DNA of 32,000 nucleotides. Source: Candidatus Harpocratesius repetitus. Its GTDB lineage: Archaea > Asgardarchaeota > Lokiarchaeia > Sigyniarchaeales > Promethearchaeaceae. Every line of letters starts with the position of its first letter. Positions within the stretch are counted from its first letter, which is position 1. Under the pieces are notes generated by a model. That model had not been told where the DNA came from and did not search any database. It saw nothing but the letters and a program-made list of their open reading frames with translations. The position numbers and the translations under genes were made by a program. Shown here in pieces: positions 17,995 to 28,200 of the stretch. The stretch is from assembly GCA_021498095.1 (NCBI GenBank), contig JAIZWK010000001.1, positions 300,001 through 332,000 of the forward strand, given 5' to 3'.

Positions 17995-18092
17995 AATTCT
18001 AATTCACACCAAAAGATAATAAATCTATCACCTTATTTTGGTATAGATAAAAATTAGAAAAAAGACATGAAAAACACCAAAAAATATTGAAT

Positions 18093-19391
18093 TCAATGAT
18101 TATTTCTTAATAACCAAATCGGTAAAGGTTGGATATTTATTTTTATGTTTTCAACAGTTTCCTGGCTGATAGCATCTTTTGTTAAAATTGTTCCTTCTTT
18201 TTTATTGAAAATTTTCGCAACAGCAATTATCCCTTGAATTTCTCTTTTTTTTGTCTTTGGATTTGAAATATCCCATGATACTTGAATTAATTCCTTAATA
18301 TCGGATCCTTTTGATATTAAAAAGTCAACTTCATGATTTTTATCTTTCCAATAAAAAATATCCCTGTTAAAGGTAGATAATTGATTATAAACAATATTTT
18401 CTGCCATCTTTCCAAAATCAGCTGTTGTCTTAAATGACATTGAATTTCTTAAACCATTATCAATTACATAAATTTTTTTATTTCTTCTAAATTGAGTACG
18501 CATTTTATAAGAAAATAAATCTAACCTTGAAATAAGAAAGGATTGTTCTAAATATCCAATATATTTTTCTAATGTAGAAATATGAATTCCCAAATCATTT
18601 GATATTTTCCTATACGAAAATTCTCTTGTGAAATTTGTCATTAAGTATTTAGTTAGCATTTTTATTTTATTCATATCAACTCTAAAACGAGAAGATATAT
18701 CACGGGAAATAATGTCATTAACTAAACCAGAATTTATTTGTTGCTGCATATATTCTTTTTTATCAATTATTTCTGGAAAACCTCCATTTTTCATGAATTT
18801 GAAAAAATAATGATTTAATTTGGATTGATTATTTAGTAGATAATTCAAATTGAAATTTTTCCAATTTTGAGAGTGGAGATACTCATAAAAATTGAAGGGT
18901 TTTAATTGAAATGTGATATGTCTCCCACTTAAAACTCTTCCAATATCTTCAGAAAGCAATGAAGCACTGGAACCAGACACATAAATCTGTTTCACTAACT
19001 TCTGATCATAAATTTTTCGAACCCAACGTTCCCAATTTGATTTTTCTTGCACTTCATCTAAAAAGAGATATTGAACATCAGGACTTAGCTGAAAAATTGT
19101 ATTTAGAATATCAACAAAATCCGATGTATTAATACTTATATCATCAAAATTGATAAATAGAATTGATTGTGGTGATATACCTGTTGAGATTAAATAATGA
19201 ATAATTTGATACATCAAAGTCGTTTTTCCAGATCTTCTAATTCCAATTATATCTTTTATATGAGTGATTTGAAAGTAATCTTGAATTTGGTCAAAAATCT
19301 CCCTTTTTATTTTCGATCCTAATATCCAATCGTTTGCCCACCAAGGATTCCAAGATCTTATAGCTTGAGATAATTGATCCAGATTTATCAC
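18093..19391 (-). CDS. AAA+ ATPase with C-terminal DUF4143 (restriction-endonuclease-like) domain
   Basis: Walker A GIRRSGKTT, Walker B FLDEVQE, SGSSA...GR, GGFPE, KIYVIDNGL, EVDFL...IQVS; GTG start. Confidence 0.9.
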   Translation of the reverse strand: MINLDQLSQAIRSWNPWWANDWILGSKIKREIFDQIQDYFQITHIKDIIGIRRSGKTTLMYQIIHYLISTGISPQSILFINFDDISINTSDFVDILNTIFQLSPDVQYLFLDEVQEKSNWERWVRKIYDQKLVKQIYVSGSSASLLSEDIGRVLSGRHITFQLKPFNFYEYLHSQNWKNFNLNYLLNNQSKLNHYFFKFMKNGGFPEIIDKKEYMQQQINSGLVNDIISRDISSRFRVDMNKIKMLTKYLMTNFTREFSYRKISNDLGIHISTLEKYIGYLEQSFLISRLDLFSYKMRTQFRRNKKIYVIDNGLRNSMSFKTTADFGKMAENIVYNQLSTFNRDIFYWKDKNHEVDFLISKGSDIKELIQVSWDISNPKTKKREIQGIIAVAKIFNKKEGTILTKDAISQETVENIKINIQPLPIWLLRNNH

Positions 19392-19458
19392 TTCATTAAT
19401 TATTAATTTTTAAATAAATTATAACTAAAAAATAAAATAAAATTATTACTTAAATATG

Positions 19459-19509
19459 TGACCATAAACTTGATCATTATTTTGTATATAATGATCATAT
19501 TTATGATCA
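19459..19509. promoter_or_regulatory. Array of TGA(T/C)CA sites forming nested inverted repeats upstream of the AAA ATPase gene
   Basis: Sites at 19459, 19471, 19492 and 19504; 10-bp IR at 19471-19480/19488-19497; 8-bp IR at 19492-19499/19502-19509. Confidence 0.55.
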
Positions 19510-19793
19510 AAATTAAAAAAAAAAGAATATTTTAATGATCTTCAAACGAATCTAATAATTTTTCTTATTAAATTCTGTCAAATTAATCTAGAATACTCCA
19601 AATTATAAAATTTGTTAATCTTCTTAATTATTTTTACTTTCTCTTTGTATTTTCGGATATTTTAGCACAAGATTACCTTAAATTTGAATATATTATATCG
19701 TTTTATAAATGATGAAGATAATGAGGGGAAAAAAATAAAAATAAATGTAGTAATGAAAAAGTAAGTAAATATTAAAGGAAAAATATCTATCCT

Positions 19794-20492
19794 TCAATTC
19801 TCTTTTCGATTTCTATAAAGAACACAAAATACAATACACAAATTTCCAACAGATAAGAAGCCAAACAACAATGAATCAAAAAGTGTTTCATTTTCGACAA
19901 AATTCCCGATTGCATCCATGATCAATCCGAGAATCATACAAATCAATCCAATAAAGAAAAAAATCATTTTTTTTCTATCTACTCCTTTGGTTTTCTTTAC
20001 ACCAAGATAATACGTTGTGAAAATGGAATAGATTAGAATTAAACCGATAAAACTCGCAAATATATAAAAGGGAATGGGTTCAAAATGAGTTTCTGCGTTG
20101 TGGATATCAGTTACTTGAATATAATTAGAAATTCCTAAAAGAAGAGAGATTGCACTGGTAATCCCTAGCATGATGTACTTTAAAGAACGATTCGTACTTA
20201 ACCAAAAACTTGAATTAATTAATATTTTCATCGTATAGAATAAAAACAATAATGAAAAGCAAATCATTATCATTCCTAATTTTAGTAACACAATAATTGC
20301 TAACTCAGAATTCGCAAAAGAATAAATTATAGTTGAAAGAGCATATATTCCTAAAAAGAGTGAAGAAAAACCCAAAAAACGACTTGATTTTGATTCGCTT
20401 GTGGCAAAACCTTTTTTTAAAAGAAAAAAGCTTGATAATAAAGCACTAATTGTAGTTAAAAATTCAAAAAAATATGTGATGATTGCTGTCAT
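19794..20492 (-). CDS. Standalone seven-transmembrane protein (resembles HisKA_7TM-type sensor domains)
   Basis: Seven hydrophobic segments in 232 aa and no cytoplasmic catalytic domain; family assignment tentative. Confidence 0.7.
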   Translation of the reverse strand: MTAIITYFFEFLTTISALLSSFFLLKKGFATSESKSSRFLGFSSLFLGIYALSTIIYSFANSELAIIVLLKLGMIMICFSLLFLFYTMKILINSSFWLSTNRSLKYIMLGITSAISLLLGISNYIQVTDIHNAETHFEPIPFYIFASFIGLILIYSIFTTYYLGVKKTKGVDRKKMIFFFIGLICMILGLIMDAIGNFVENETLFDSLLFGFLSVGNLCIVFCVLYRNRKEN

Positions 20493-20709
20493 AATACCTT
20501 ACTTTCTTTTAAATATTAATAAAGATATGGATTAAATTGATAAATTACTTCAAAGGAGAATATACAAATATATTATATATAAATAAGTCGGGTTTTTTAT
20601 CAATAGAATTTCCTCTTCTTTTTGTACTATGATTGTTAAAAAAAAAAATTCAACACAAAGTTTCTTTTTTTACGACAAGTTAATAGCATGTTCTAATTGA
20701 ATTAATAAT

Positions 20710-22524
20710 ATGGGAAAGGATCGCTTTCCGTACCTACGAACTATGTTAATGAGTTTTGGCATGTTCAGCTCGAATATTGCTTTAAGTGCTTACGTAATCT
20801 ATGTTCCACTTTTTGTTCGGCGAAATTTTTTAGCGCATTTTCCAAATTCTGGTTTAATCAACACTATTGTCGGGATTGTCATGGTTTTAGATAACATAAT
20901 TGCATTATTCATACAACCTGCAGTAGGTTCACTCTCAGATAGAATTTGGGTAAAACATTTAGGTCGCCGAATGCCCTTTATCATTATTGGAATTCCACTC
21001 TCAGCCTTTTTTCTCGGATTAATTGGCACATTTGAAGAAACGTTGATTTGGTTACTGATTGCAATTACTTTCTTTAATATATCGATGGCTTTCTATAAAT
21101 CACCTATGTTAGCACTCATTCCTGATTTTCTTCCTTCCTCTTATAGATCAGAAGGATCCGGTGTTCTTTCAGTGGTAGGAGGATTTGCGAGTATTTTAGG
21201 ACTTTTCCTTTCAGCATATTTATATCAAATTCATCATCCCTTAGCATTTTGGGTAATTGGGGCAATTATGTTAGTATGCTTGCTGATTTTGATACTTTCA
21301 GTGCACGAGGATCCAAATAAATATGTTGTTTCAAAAGAAACAGCAGAAGGATGGTCTAGAATTCTCTATAATCTACGTCATGAAAAAAATAAAGCATTAA
21401 TACTTGCTTTAATTGCAGTTTTTCTAAATCAATGCGGATATCAAGTAGCTGAATCATTTCTTAGCACTTTTACAGTTTCAATTCTTGGATTTAGTGAAAC
21501 ACATGCAAATTATGTTTTAGGAACGTTGGGCTTATTTGGAGTTCTATCTGCAGTACCTGCAGGATTGTTGGGGAAAAAGATGGGAGCACGCGATGCATCT
21601 TTACTTGGATTAATCTTATTTGGAGTAACAGTTATTCCGATGGCATATTTTGCATTAGTTTCTCCTGATGTTGTTGCAAATGTTTTTCAGCTGAATCAAT
21701 TCCAGATTGAATTACGATTTTTTATAATACTTCTGTGGGTATTGGTCCTTGGTTTTTCTTTAACTGTTATTTCCATTAATCTCCTCGTAGTGGTTTGGGA
21801 CATGGCATCTGAAGATAAAATTGCCACTTATACAGGATATTACTACCTTTTTGTTCATACTGCAGCAATTGCCAGTCCATTAATTGCAGGTGTCATCTTT
21901 GATATTCTTGCTTCAATATTTCCCATTAAAGGTTTACAAGGTCTTTTCAGTTATGTTGGTCTTATGTATATTGGAGCAATTCTCGCAGTACTAGAAGTTC
22001 GTCGTATTCAAGTGGCTAAAGAGTTAGGGTTGACACCTGAAGAACAAGAGTTGTTAAGAAAGAGGGCAAAAAGACGAGCAACTTTAATATTGCCATTAAT
22101 TCTCTTTGGATTTGGTGCACGACAAAATCCTGTAAAAGAAAAACGAAAGGAATTAAAGCAAGATTTACATCTTTTTGAAAAAAGATTCCGAGAATTTATG
22201 AAAGATGGAGATTTAAATAAAAAAGAATTCCGAGAAGCGATTAAAGCATTAAAACAAGAGCATAAAAAGGAGATTAGAGCTTTAAAACGAGAATTAGCTC
22301 ATGAAGAAGCAGCAGAAGAAAAGGCAAAAACAGAAATGCATCAAGACTTTATCTTATTTAAACAACAATTCAGCGAATTCATGAAAGATGGTGATTTAAG
22401 TAAAGCCGAATTAAAGCAAGCAATTCGCGCGTTGAAGAAGGAGCAAAGCAAGGAATTAAATGCATTTAAACAAGAAATGGTTGCCCGACGAAAAGCCCAG
22501 ATAAAAAAATATGAAGAAATATAA
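20710..22524 (+). CDS. MFS transporter (maltose/sucrose GPH/SLC45-like) with duplicated C-terminal cytosolic domain
   Basis: VGSLSDR...GRRMPF, LIPDFLP...RSEGSG, ATYTGYYY motifs; ~12 TM followed by a charged tail of ~135 aa. Confidence 0.87.
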   Translation: MGKDRFPYLRTMLMSFGMFSSNIALSAYVIYVPLFVRRNFLAHFPNSGLINTIVGIVMVLDNIIALFIQPAVGSLSDRIWVKHLGRRMPFIIIGIPLSAFFLGLIGTFEETLIWLLIAITFFNISMAFYKSPMLALIPDFLPSSYRSEGSGVLSVVGGFASILGLFLSAYLYQIHHPLAFWVIGAIMLVCLLILILSVHEDPNKYVVSKETAEGWSRILYNLRHEKNKALILALIAVFLNQCGYQVAESFLSTFTVSILGFSETHANYVLGTLGLFGVLSAVPAGLLGKKMGARDASLLGLILFGVTVIPMAYFALVSPDVVANVFQLNQFQIELRFFIILLWVLVLGFSLTVISINLLVVVWDMASEDKIATYTGYYYLFVHTAAIASPLIAGVIFDILASIFPIKGLQGLFSYVGLMYIGAILAVLEVRRIQVAKELGLTPEEQELLRKRAKRRATLILPLILFGFGARQNPVKEKRKELKQDLHLFEKRFREFMKDGDLNKKEFREAIKALKQEHKKEIRALKRELAHEEAAEEKAKTEMHQDFILFKQQFSEFMKDGDLSKAELKQAIRALKKEQSKELNAFKQEMVARRKAQIKKYEEI

Positions 22525-22613
22525 AAAGAACTCAGATGTGAAGAGAGATTTTCAACATTTATGTAAATTAAAATAGAATAAAATAAAATATTCCAAAATA
22601 AAGTAAAATCCAT

Positions 22614-22892
22614 TTATTTATTCAAGAATTTGTGAATTTCTTCAGCTTGCTGGGAAATCCATTCTTTCATTTTTTCACTTTTCAGATATTCATCGATCTG
22701 TGCTTGTAATTTAGTATCATCTTCATCTGAAGGATCAATCTCGAGTCCATCTAAAACTGAATTATAAAGAAAACTCCATAATTGCATCCGGACTTCTTCT
22801 TCTACGGAAGATCCTGACTCTAATATCTCGTCCCAAAATACTAATGTAAGATCGAGCTGATCAAGCGGGATGTTATCCAAATCAATTTCCAT
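22614..22892 (-). CDS. Small acidic hypothetical protein
   Basis: 92-aa ATG-started ORF filling the gap between neighbours, with natural composition. Confidence 0.7.
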   Translation of the reverse strand: MEIDLDNIPLDQLDLTLVFWDEILESGSSVEEEVRMQLWSFLYNSVLDGLEIDPSDEDDTKLQAQIDEYLKSEKMKEWISQQAEEIHKFLNK

Positions 22893-23126
22893 TAATCTTA
22901 ATCACTCTCTATTCTTCATTTGGCTTTGAGCTTCTAAAAGCTTTTCGACTAATTTTAGATAAATGGGTTTAAAAGGGATTGATGCGGTTGAAACTTGGGA
23001 AAAGAAGAAAGAATTCTTAGGCAATCTTAGATTTAATACAATAGCCGCACTCTTGTTCAATAGTGCATTTATTCTATTTTGATTATTCAATAATAATAAG
23101 TTAAACTTGTTATCAAAGTGATTATT

Positions 23127-24413
23127 ATGACAATTTATTGGGCGCCTTTTCTTCATGCATATCAACCACCGTGGCAAGATGTAGAAATTTTAAAGCAGAT
23201 ATATAATGAATGCTATGATCCACTACTGAGCATGTTAGAACGACATGATAATGCCAAAATAACGGTAAATATCCAAGGATGTTTGGTCGATTTACTAAAT
23301 GGTTTAGATTTAAAAAATGTACGGGAAAGATTATCGCATTTAATGCAAATGAACCGCGTAGATCTGGTAGGTTCGGCGAAATATCACCCGATTTTACCAC
23401 TTATCCCTGAACAAGAAATAAAGCGCCAAATTTCCTTGAATTCTCAGACAATTGAAGCAAGTTTTGATGGAAATTGGCACCCAAAAGGATTTTTCCCACC
23501 AGAAATGGCGATTTCAACAAAAGTTATCCAAATAGTGTCCGAATTGGGTTTTAATTGGATAATAATGGATGGAATCGCCCATACAGGCCAATGGCCTCAA
23601 GATTATATTCAAACTCAAACATTCTCTCAAGATGGAGCAAATACAACAAAAATTTGCACATTTTTTAGAGATACTTTGATATCCAACATGATTTCATTTA
23701 AAAGCATCGATGCAAACGGTTTCATTAAACATCTCTTAACTATATTTCCTGATCACAAAGAACACAATTATTATATCATTACAGCTCAAGATGCTGAAAC
23801 CTTTGGTCATCATCATAAGTATTATGAAACAAGCTTTTTAGGCAAAGTATTTTCATTAATTGAAGATAGAGACGAAATCGAAGTAGTTTTTGTCTCTGAT
23901 CTCTGTAAGATATTTCCTCAACGACAACAAACACCCAAGGCAATTCGGGCATCTTCTTGGAGTACAGAACTTGCTGATCTTGCTTCAAATGTTCCTTATC
24001 CACTTTGGGCACATCCGCTTAATTCAGTTCATAAATATCAGTATAGATTACTCAAAGCACTTTATCAACTTATGGCATTGCTTGACTATCACATGCCCAA
24101 TTATCAAACACAAAAAAATTTTATGCATTATTATAAAACAGCGCGCTATTTTTTCGATCAATCTTTGCATTCTTGTTGGCTTTGGTGGGCAAGCATGAGA
24201 CCAATGTGGTCACCTAATTTAATTTATAAAGGTCTGGATTTAGTTTGGAAAGCTTCACTAAATGCACAGTTGGCATTGATTAATGCAAAAATTGGCTCAG
24301 GTGATGAATTTTACAGCATTATTATTGACAATGGTGAGAGAATCATGGAAGAAATGATCGAGCAAGAATTAGCTGGGCAACATGTTCGAACTTTTGGAGA
24401 TGCAACTGTATAG
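23127..24413 (+). CDS. Glycoside hydrolase family 57
   Basis: HAYQP (region 1), GSAKYHPILPL, PPEMA (nucleophile Glu), DAETFGHH (acid/base Asp region). ATG at 23127 preferred. Confidence 0.9.
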   Translation: MTIYWAPFLHAYQPPWQDVEILKQIYNECYDPLLSMLERHDNAKITVNIQGCLVDLLNGLDLKNVRERLSHLMQMNRVDLVGSAKYHPILPLIPEQEIKRQISLNSQTIEASFDGNWHPKGFFPPEMAISTKVIQIVSELGFNWIIMDGIAHTGQWPQDYIQTQTFSQDGANTTKICTFFRDTLISNMISFKSIDANGFIKHLLTIFPDHKEHNYYIITAQDAETFGHHHKYYETSFLGKVFSLIEDRDEIEVVFVSDLCKIFPQRQQTPKAIRASSWSTELADLASNVPYPLWAHPLNSVHKYQYRLLKALYQLMALLDYHMPNYQTQKNFMHYYKTARYFFDQSLHSCWLWWASMRPMWSPNLIYKGLDLVWKASLNAQLALINAKIGSGDEFYSIIIDNGERIMEEMIEQELAGQHVRTFGDATV

Positions 24414-24517
24414 AATGAAAGATATTTTTAATATCAAATCTTTGAATAAATCGTCACAATTCTTCATAACCTAATATTTTTAACTTAATTGAACATGATA
24501 CTAAATGGTGAAATAAT

Positions 24518-25105
24518 ATGAATCGATTAGTTGAAGCTCTAGCACAAGCCTATGTAGGCGAAAGTCAAGCACGAATGCGCTATACAGAATATGCAAAAAT
24601 TGCAAAAAAAGAAGGTTATGAACAAATTGGAAGTATCTTTCTTGAAACAGCCGATCATGAGAAAACTCATGGTAAGAATTTTTACCGAATGATTCATAAA
24701 GTGTTTCAAAAATTGAATATAAAAGAAGAAATGCTTGAATTAAACAATGTAGCAGTACCTGTTGTTAGAGGTTCGCTGAAGGAAAATCTTCGAGCAGCAA
24801 TTAATGGAGAACATCACGAACATTCCGAGTTATATCCAGAAATTGCTAAAATTGCTGAAGAAGAAGGATTTTCTGAATTGGCAATACAAATTCGAGCAAT
24901 AGCAAAAGCTGAAGAACATCATGAACAAAGATATCGTAAACTACTTGAACAGATAGAGAAAGCAAGTATGTTCAAGAAAGATGGAAAAGTTTGGTGGCTC
25001 TGTCTTGAATGTGGGTATTGGCATTATGGTGAAGAGCCCCCAGAAATTTGTCCTTCATGTCTGCACCCAAAAGCCTTTTTTAAAAAAATGGATGAAGACT
25101 ATTAA
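24518..25105 (+). CDS. rbr: Rubrerythrin
   Basis: Di-iron helices (GESQARMRY...E..H; EHHEH...AEEHHE) and a rubredoxin-like CLECG...CPSC C-terminus. Confidence 0.95.
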   Translation: MNRLVEALAQAYVGESQARMRYTEYAKIAKKEGYEQIGSIFLETADHEKTHGKNFYRMIHKVFQKLNIKEEMLELNNVAVPVVRGSLKENLRAAINGEHHEHSELYPEIAKIAEEEGFSELAIQIRAIAKAEEHHEQRYRKLLEQIEKASMFKKDGKVWWLCLECGYWHYGEEPPEICPSCLHPKAFFKKMDEDY

Positions 25106-25260
25106 TTATTAGAGTATAGATCTGTGTCTTCTTTTTTCATTCTTTATTTTTCTTGCTTTAACATATATGAGCCAAATTATTTCTATATTTAATGTCGATA
25201 TGTATAAAATGCGAGAAATCTTTAAAACAATAAAATAAATAAAAGTGAGAAAAAAAAAGT

Positions 25261-28200
25261 TTACGCAGAGATCGTTAACGTAATTGTAGCTTCATAACCT
25301 GCAATAGTGCGAATTATCAAATAAATTGGCTCGTTTTGGGTCAAAGTGATGCTATATACACTAGGATCAATATTTAAATAGAATAATTGAATCGTTGTAT
25401 CATCTGCAGCACCACCAGTTAAAGTCAAACCAGTTAATGGATTATTATCTTCATCACGTAAATCAATTCCACCCACAGCAGTTAAATTCAAATATTGATA
25501 ATCGTTTGAATCTCCACTTAAAGAGAACATAATACTATCAATATTAACAACTTGCTCGTTTTCAACTTGAATAACCAAATGAATCAAATCATCACCTACA
25601 GATGCATAAGTTTCATCAATTTGGTGAGGATAGATTTGACCAGGTGGAACTATTGCAAAAACGGGTTCTAATGTTGGTAGTATTGAATCAATTGTTGATA
25701 CGCTAAATCCGTTTACATCTTCATCAATATTTACTTGAACGGAAAGAGTATTAGTTAAATTAACTGCAAATGTTGAAATTGGGAATTCAATTACTGCAAT
25801 ATCGTCAGGTAATAAAGATAAACTTCCTTCACGTACCATTGTTTCATTTAATTCAATAGTCTCTGTTCCATTAATCACAACTTGATCAAGTGTAATTGGA
25901 TCAAATCCAATGTTCTTTAAGGTTAATCGGACAGTTTCATTAGTAAACGCAAAGGTTTGTGCATCAGTTGAATTAATAATTGCTACCTTAGGAGTGACAC
26001 TACGAGGAACAAATAGAGCACTATTGCGAGTAACTCTTTGTCCATCCACTGTAGCAGTAATTGCGATTAATTTCGGTTCATTTAATTCAACATTTGAAAC
26101 TTCAGCTCTAATTTTTCTTGTTTCTCCCGGATTTACAAATAGCAGTTGATAATTATCTCCTTCAAGTGGATTCACATATTCACCTTGAGCATTTTGAATG
26201 TCATAAATGCTAATAGTATCATCAGGTGTGATGATATTTTGTAAAGAGAACATTTCATCCCCTGTATTTGAAATCTCTAAATAGAGTGTACCGTTATCTA
26301 AAAGATAGGAATTATTGTTATAATTAACGTAAACATTCTTTGAAAGAGAAGACGAAATTGGTTGATAAGTACTTTGATCAAATCGATAAGCGGTTTCAGG
26401 TAAATCAGCTAAAATTGAAGGATTAAACCCGATTGAATATCCTGTAATTGATTGTGAAATGACAGTTTGTACAGAAGGCCCTCGAATAGTATAAATAGAC
26501 ACTGAAGCGTCTTGACTGAAATCGGTAGCAATGGGTAAAGTTAATCCAGCCAACTCTATTTCTTCAGTCGAATTTGGTACCACCAGCAATTTTCGACCAA
26601 GAATTGATTCAATTTGAGTTTGATTATATACTTCACCTGCAATGTGAATTTCATTTACTTTCAATGGAAGTTCACCAGTATTTTGTAAAGTAAGATGAGC
26701 CGAATAGTCACTTCCTATATATTCAAAGTATGATTGACCTTTATCAATAGAGATTTCGCCAGACATGGGCGAAACAACTGTAGTGGAAACACTATTATTT
26801 GAAAATGAATATGTAGATGTGCTTTCAGCAACCTTCATTTCAGCTTCAATATGATATCCATCATTTAATCCAAATTGTTCCCGATCAATTTCAGTAGAAT
26901 CAAACCATACATAACGAGTATCACCAGGTGCAAATTCTTCATCACCATCTTCAACTGTAAAATTGACAGGATAATTGTTCACATTATCACTTACTACTAA
27001 TTGTTGAAGATCTAATGAAGTTGTTCCAGTATTTTCAATAATTGCATACCCTAACCCATTAGTATCGATGTATGTATCTTTAATTTGAAAAGCAGAATCC
27101 AAAGCATCGTAATCAACCTTGAATACTTTTACCAATCGATTAATAGAATAATAGGCTGGAGTGAAATACTGTAGTTGATAATTTCCATTAACAGTATCAT
27201 AATTGGTCCATGGATTTCCATAACTATCAGTTCGTCCAGGTTGTGAATCGGATCCTTCTAAAGCTGAAACTAAATATTGAGCAGTATATGGTGAATTATC
27301 AGATAACTGAGCAGATGAAGTAATTTCATCAGCAAACATCAACTTTACAAGAGTGGTATTAAACCAACTTGCGTAATACTTCCCTGAACTGCCGTTTACA
27401 TAATAATCTTCATTAAACACTGTATCTACGGAATCATCTCCACCATACCAATTATCTTTTGGAATATTTGACATACCTTCATAGAATTTGGTGTTATCAT
27501 TGCAGATACGCAGCATCCAAGGCCATTTACCTTCATCACCACCTAATCCATTCAATAAATGACCGAAATAAACTAAAACATAATCGGCATGTAAAGCTCT
27601 AAATACTTCAGCGCTGAATTGCTCATTCGTCTGCATAAATGCCATGCCTGTGAGCCCAATTCTCGTTTGATTCCATGTTCCGTTATCATTTACTGTAGTT
27701 ACATTTCCTATAGTAGTAATCCAATAACCGTAATCCCACCAAGAGACCACAACGGTACTACTATCCAAATTATATTTCATCCAAGTAAATGTTTCTTCCC
27801 AATCATGGAAAGCTCCTGCAGCCACCAATTCAGAATAACCTAATTGATCAGCAGACATATCAATGGCATGATTGGCTTGAACAAACAATAAAATCCCTAT
27901 CATGAAATAGACAACAATTCCTTCAGATTTAGCTAAGGTACGCTTTAATTGACGTTTGCGTCTTCTTGTGATTGTAGGTTGATCTTTCATCAAAGTTCCA
28001 AAGAATTTCAAGATGGTAGATAGAGCATAACCTCCAATCAAAGCCATTGCAGGGGCAAATAACAATATAATACGAACCATACTTCCTGTAAAATAGAATA
28101 AAGTTATAACAAAAATAACCATCAAAATATCTTCGATATTTGCGCGACGTAGTGCAAAGAAAATCCCAGGAATTACCAGTAAAACAGGAATCAAAGCGTT

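Noticed and set aside
22902-23400. ORFs 22902-23177 and 23125-23400 (and similar short ORFs inside GH57, aglB, GH116, MFS and AAA genes)
   Set aside because: Overlap better-supported genes in antisense or alternate frames; no independent evidence.
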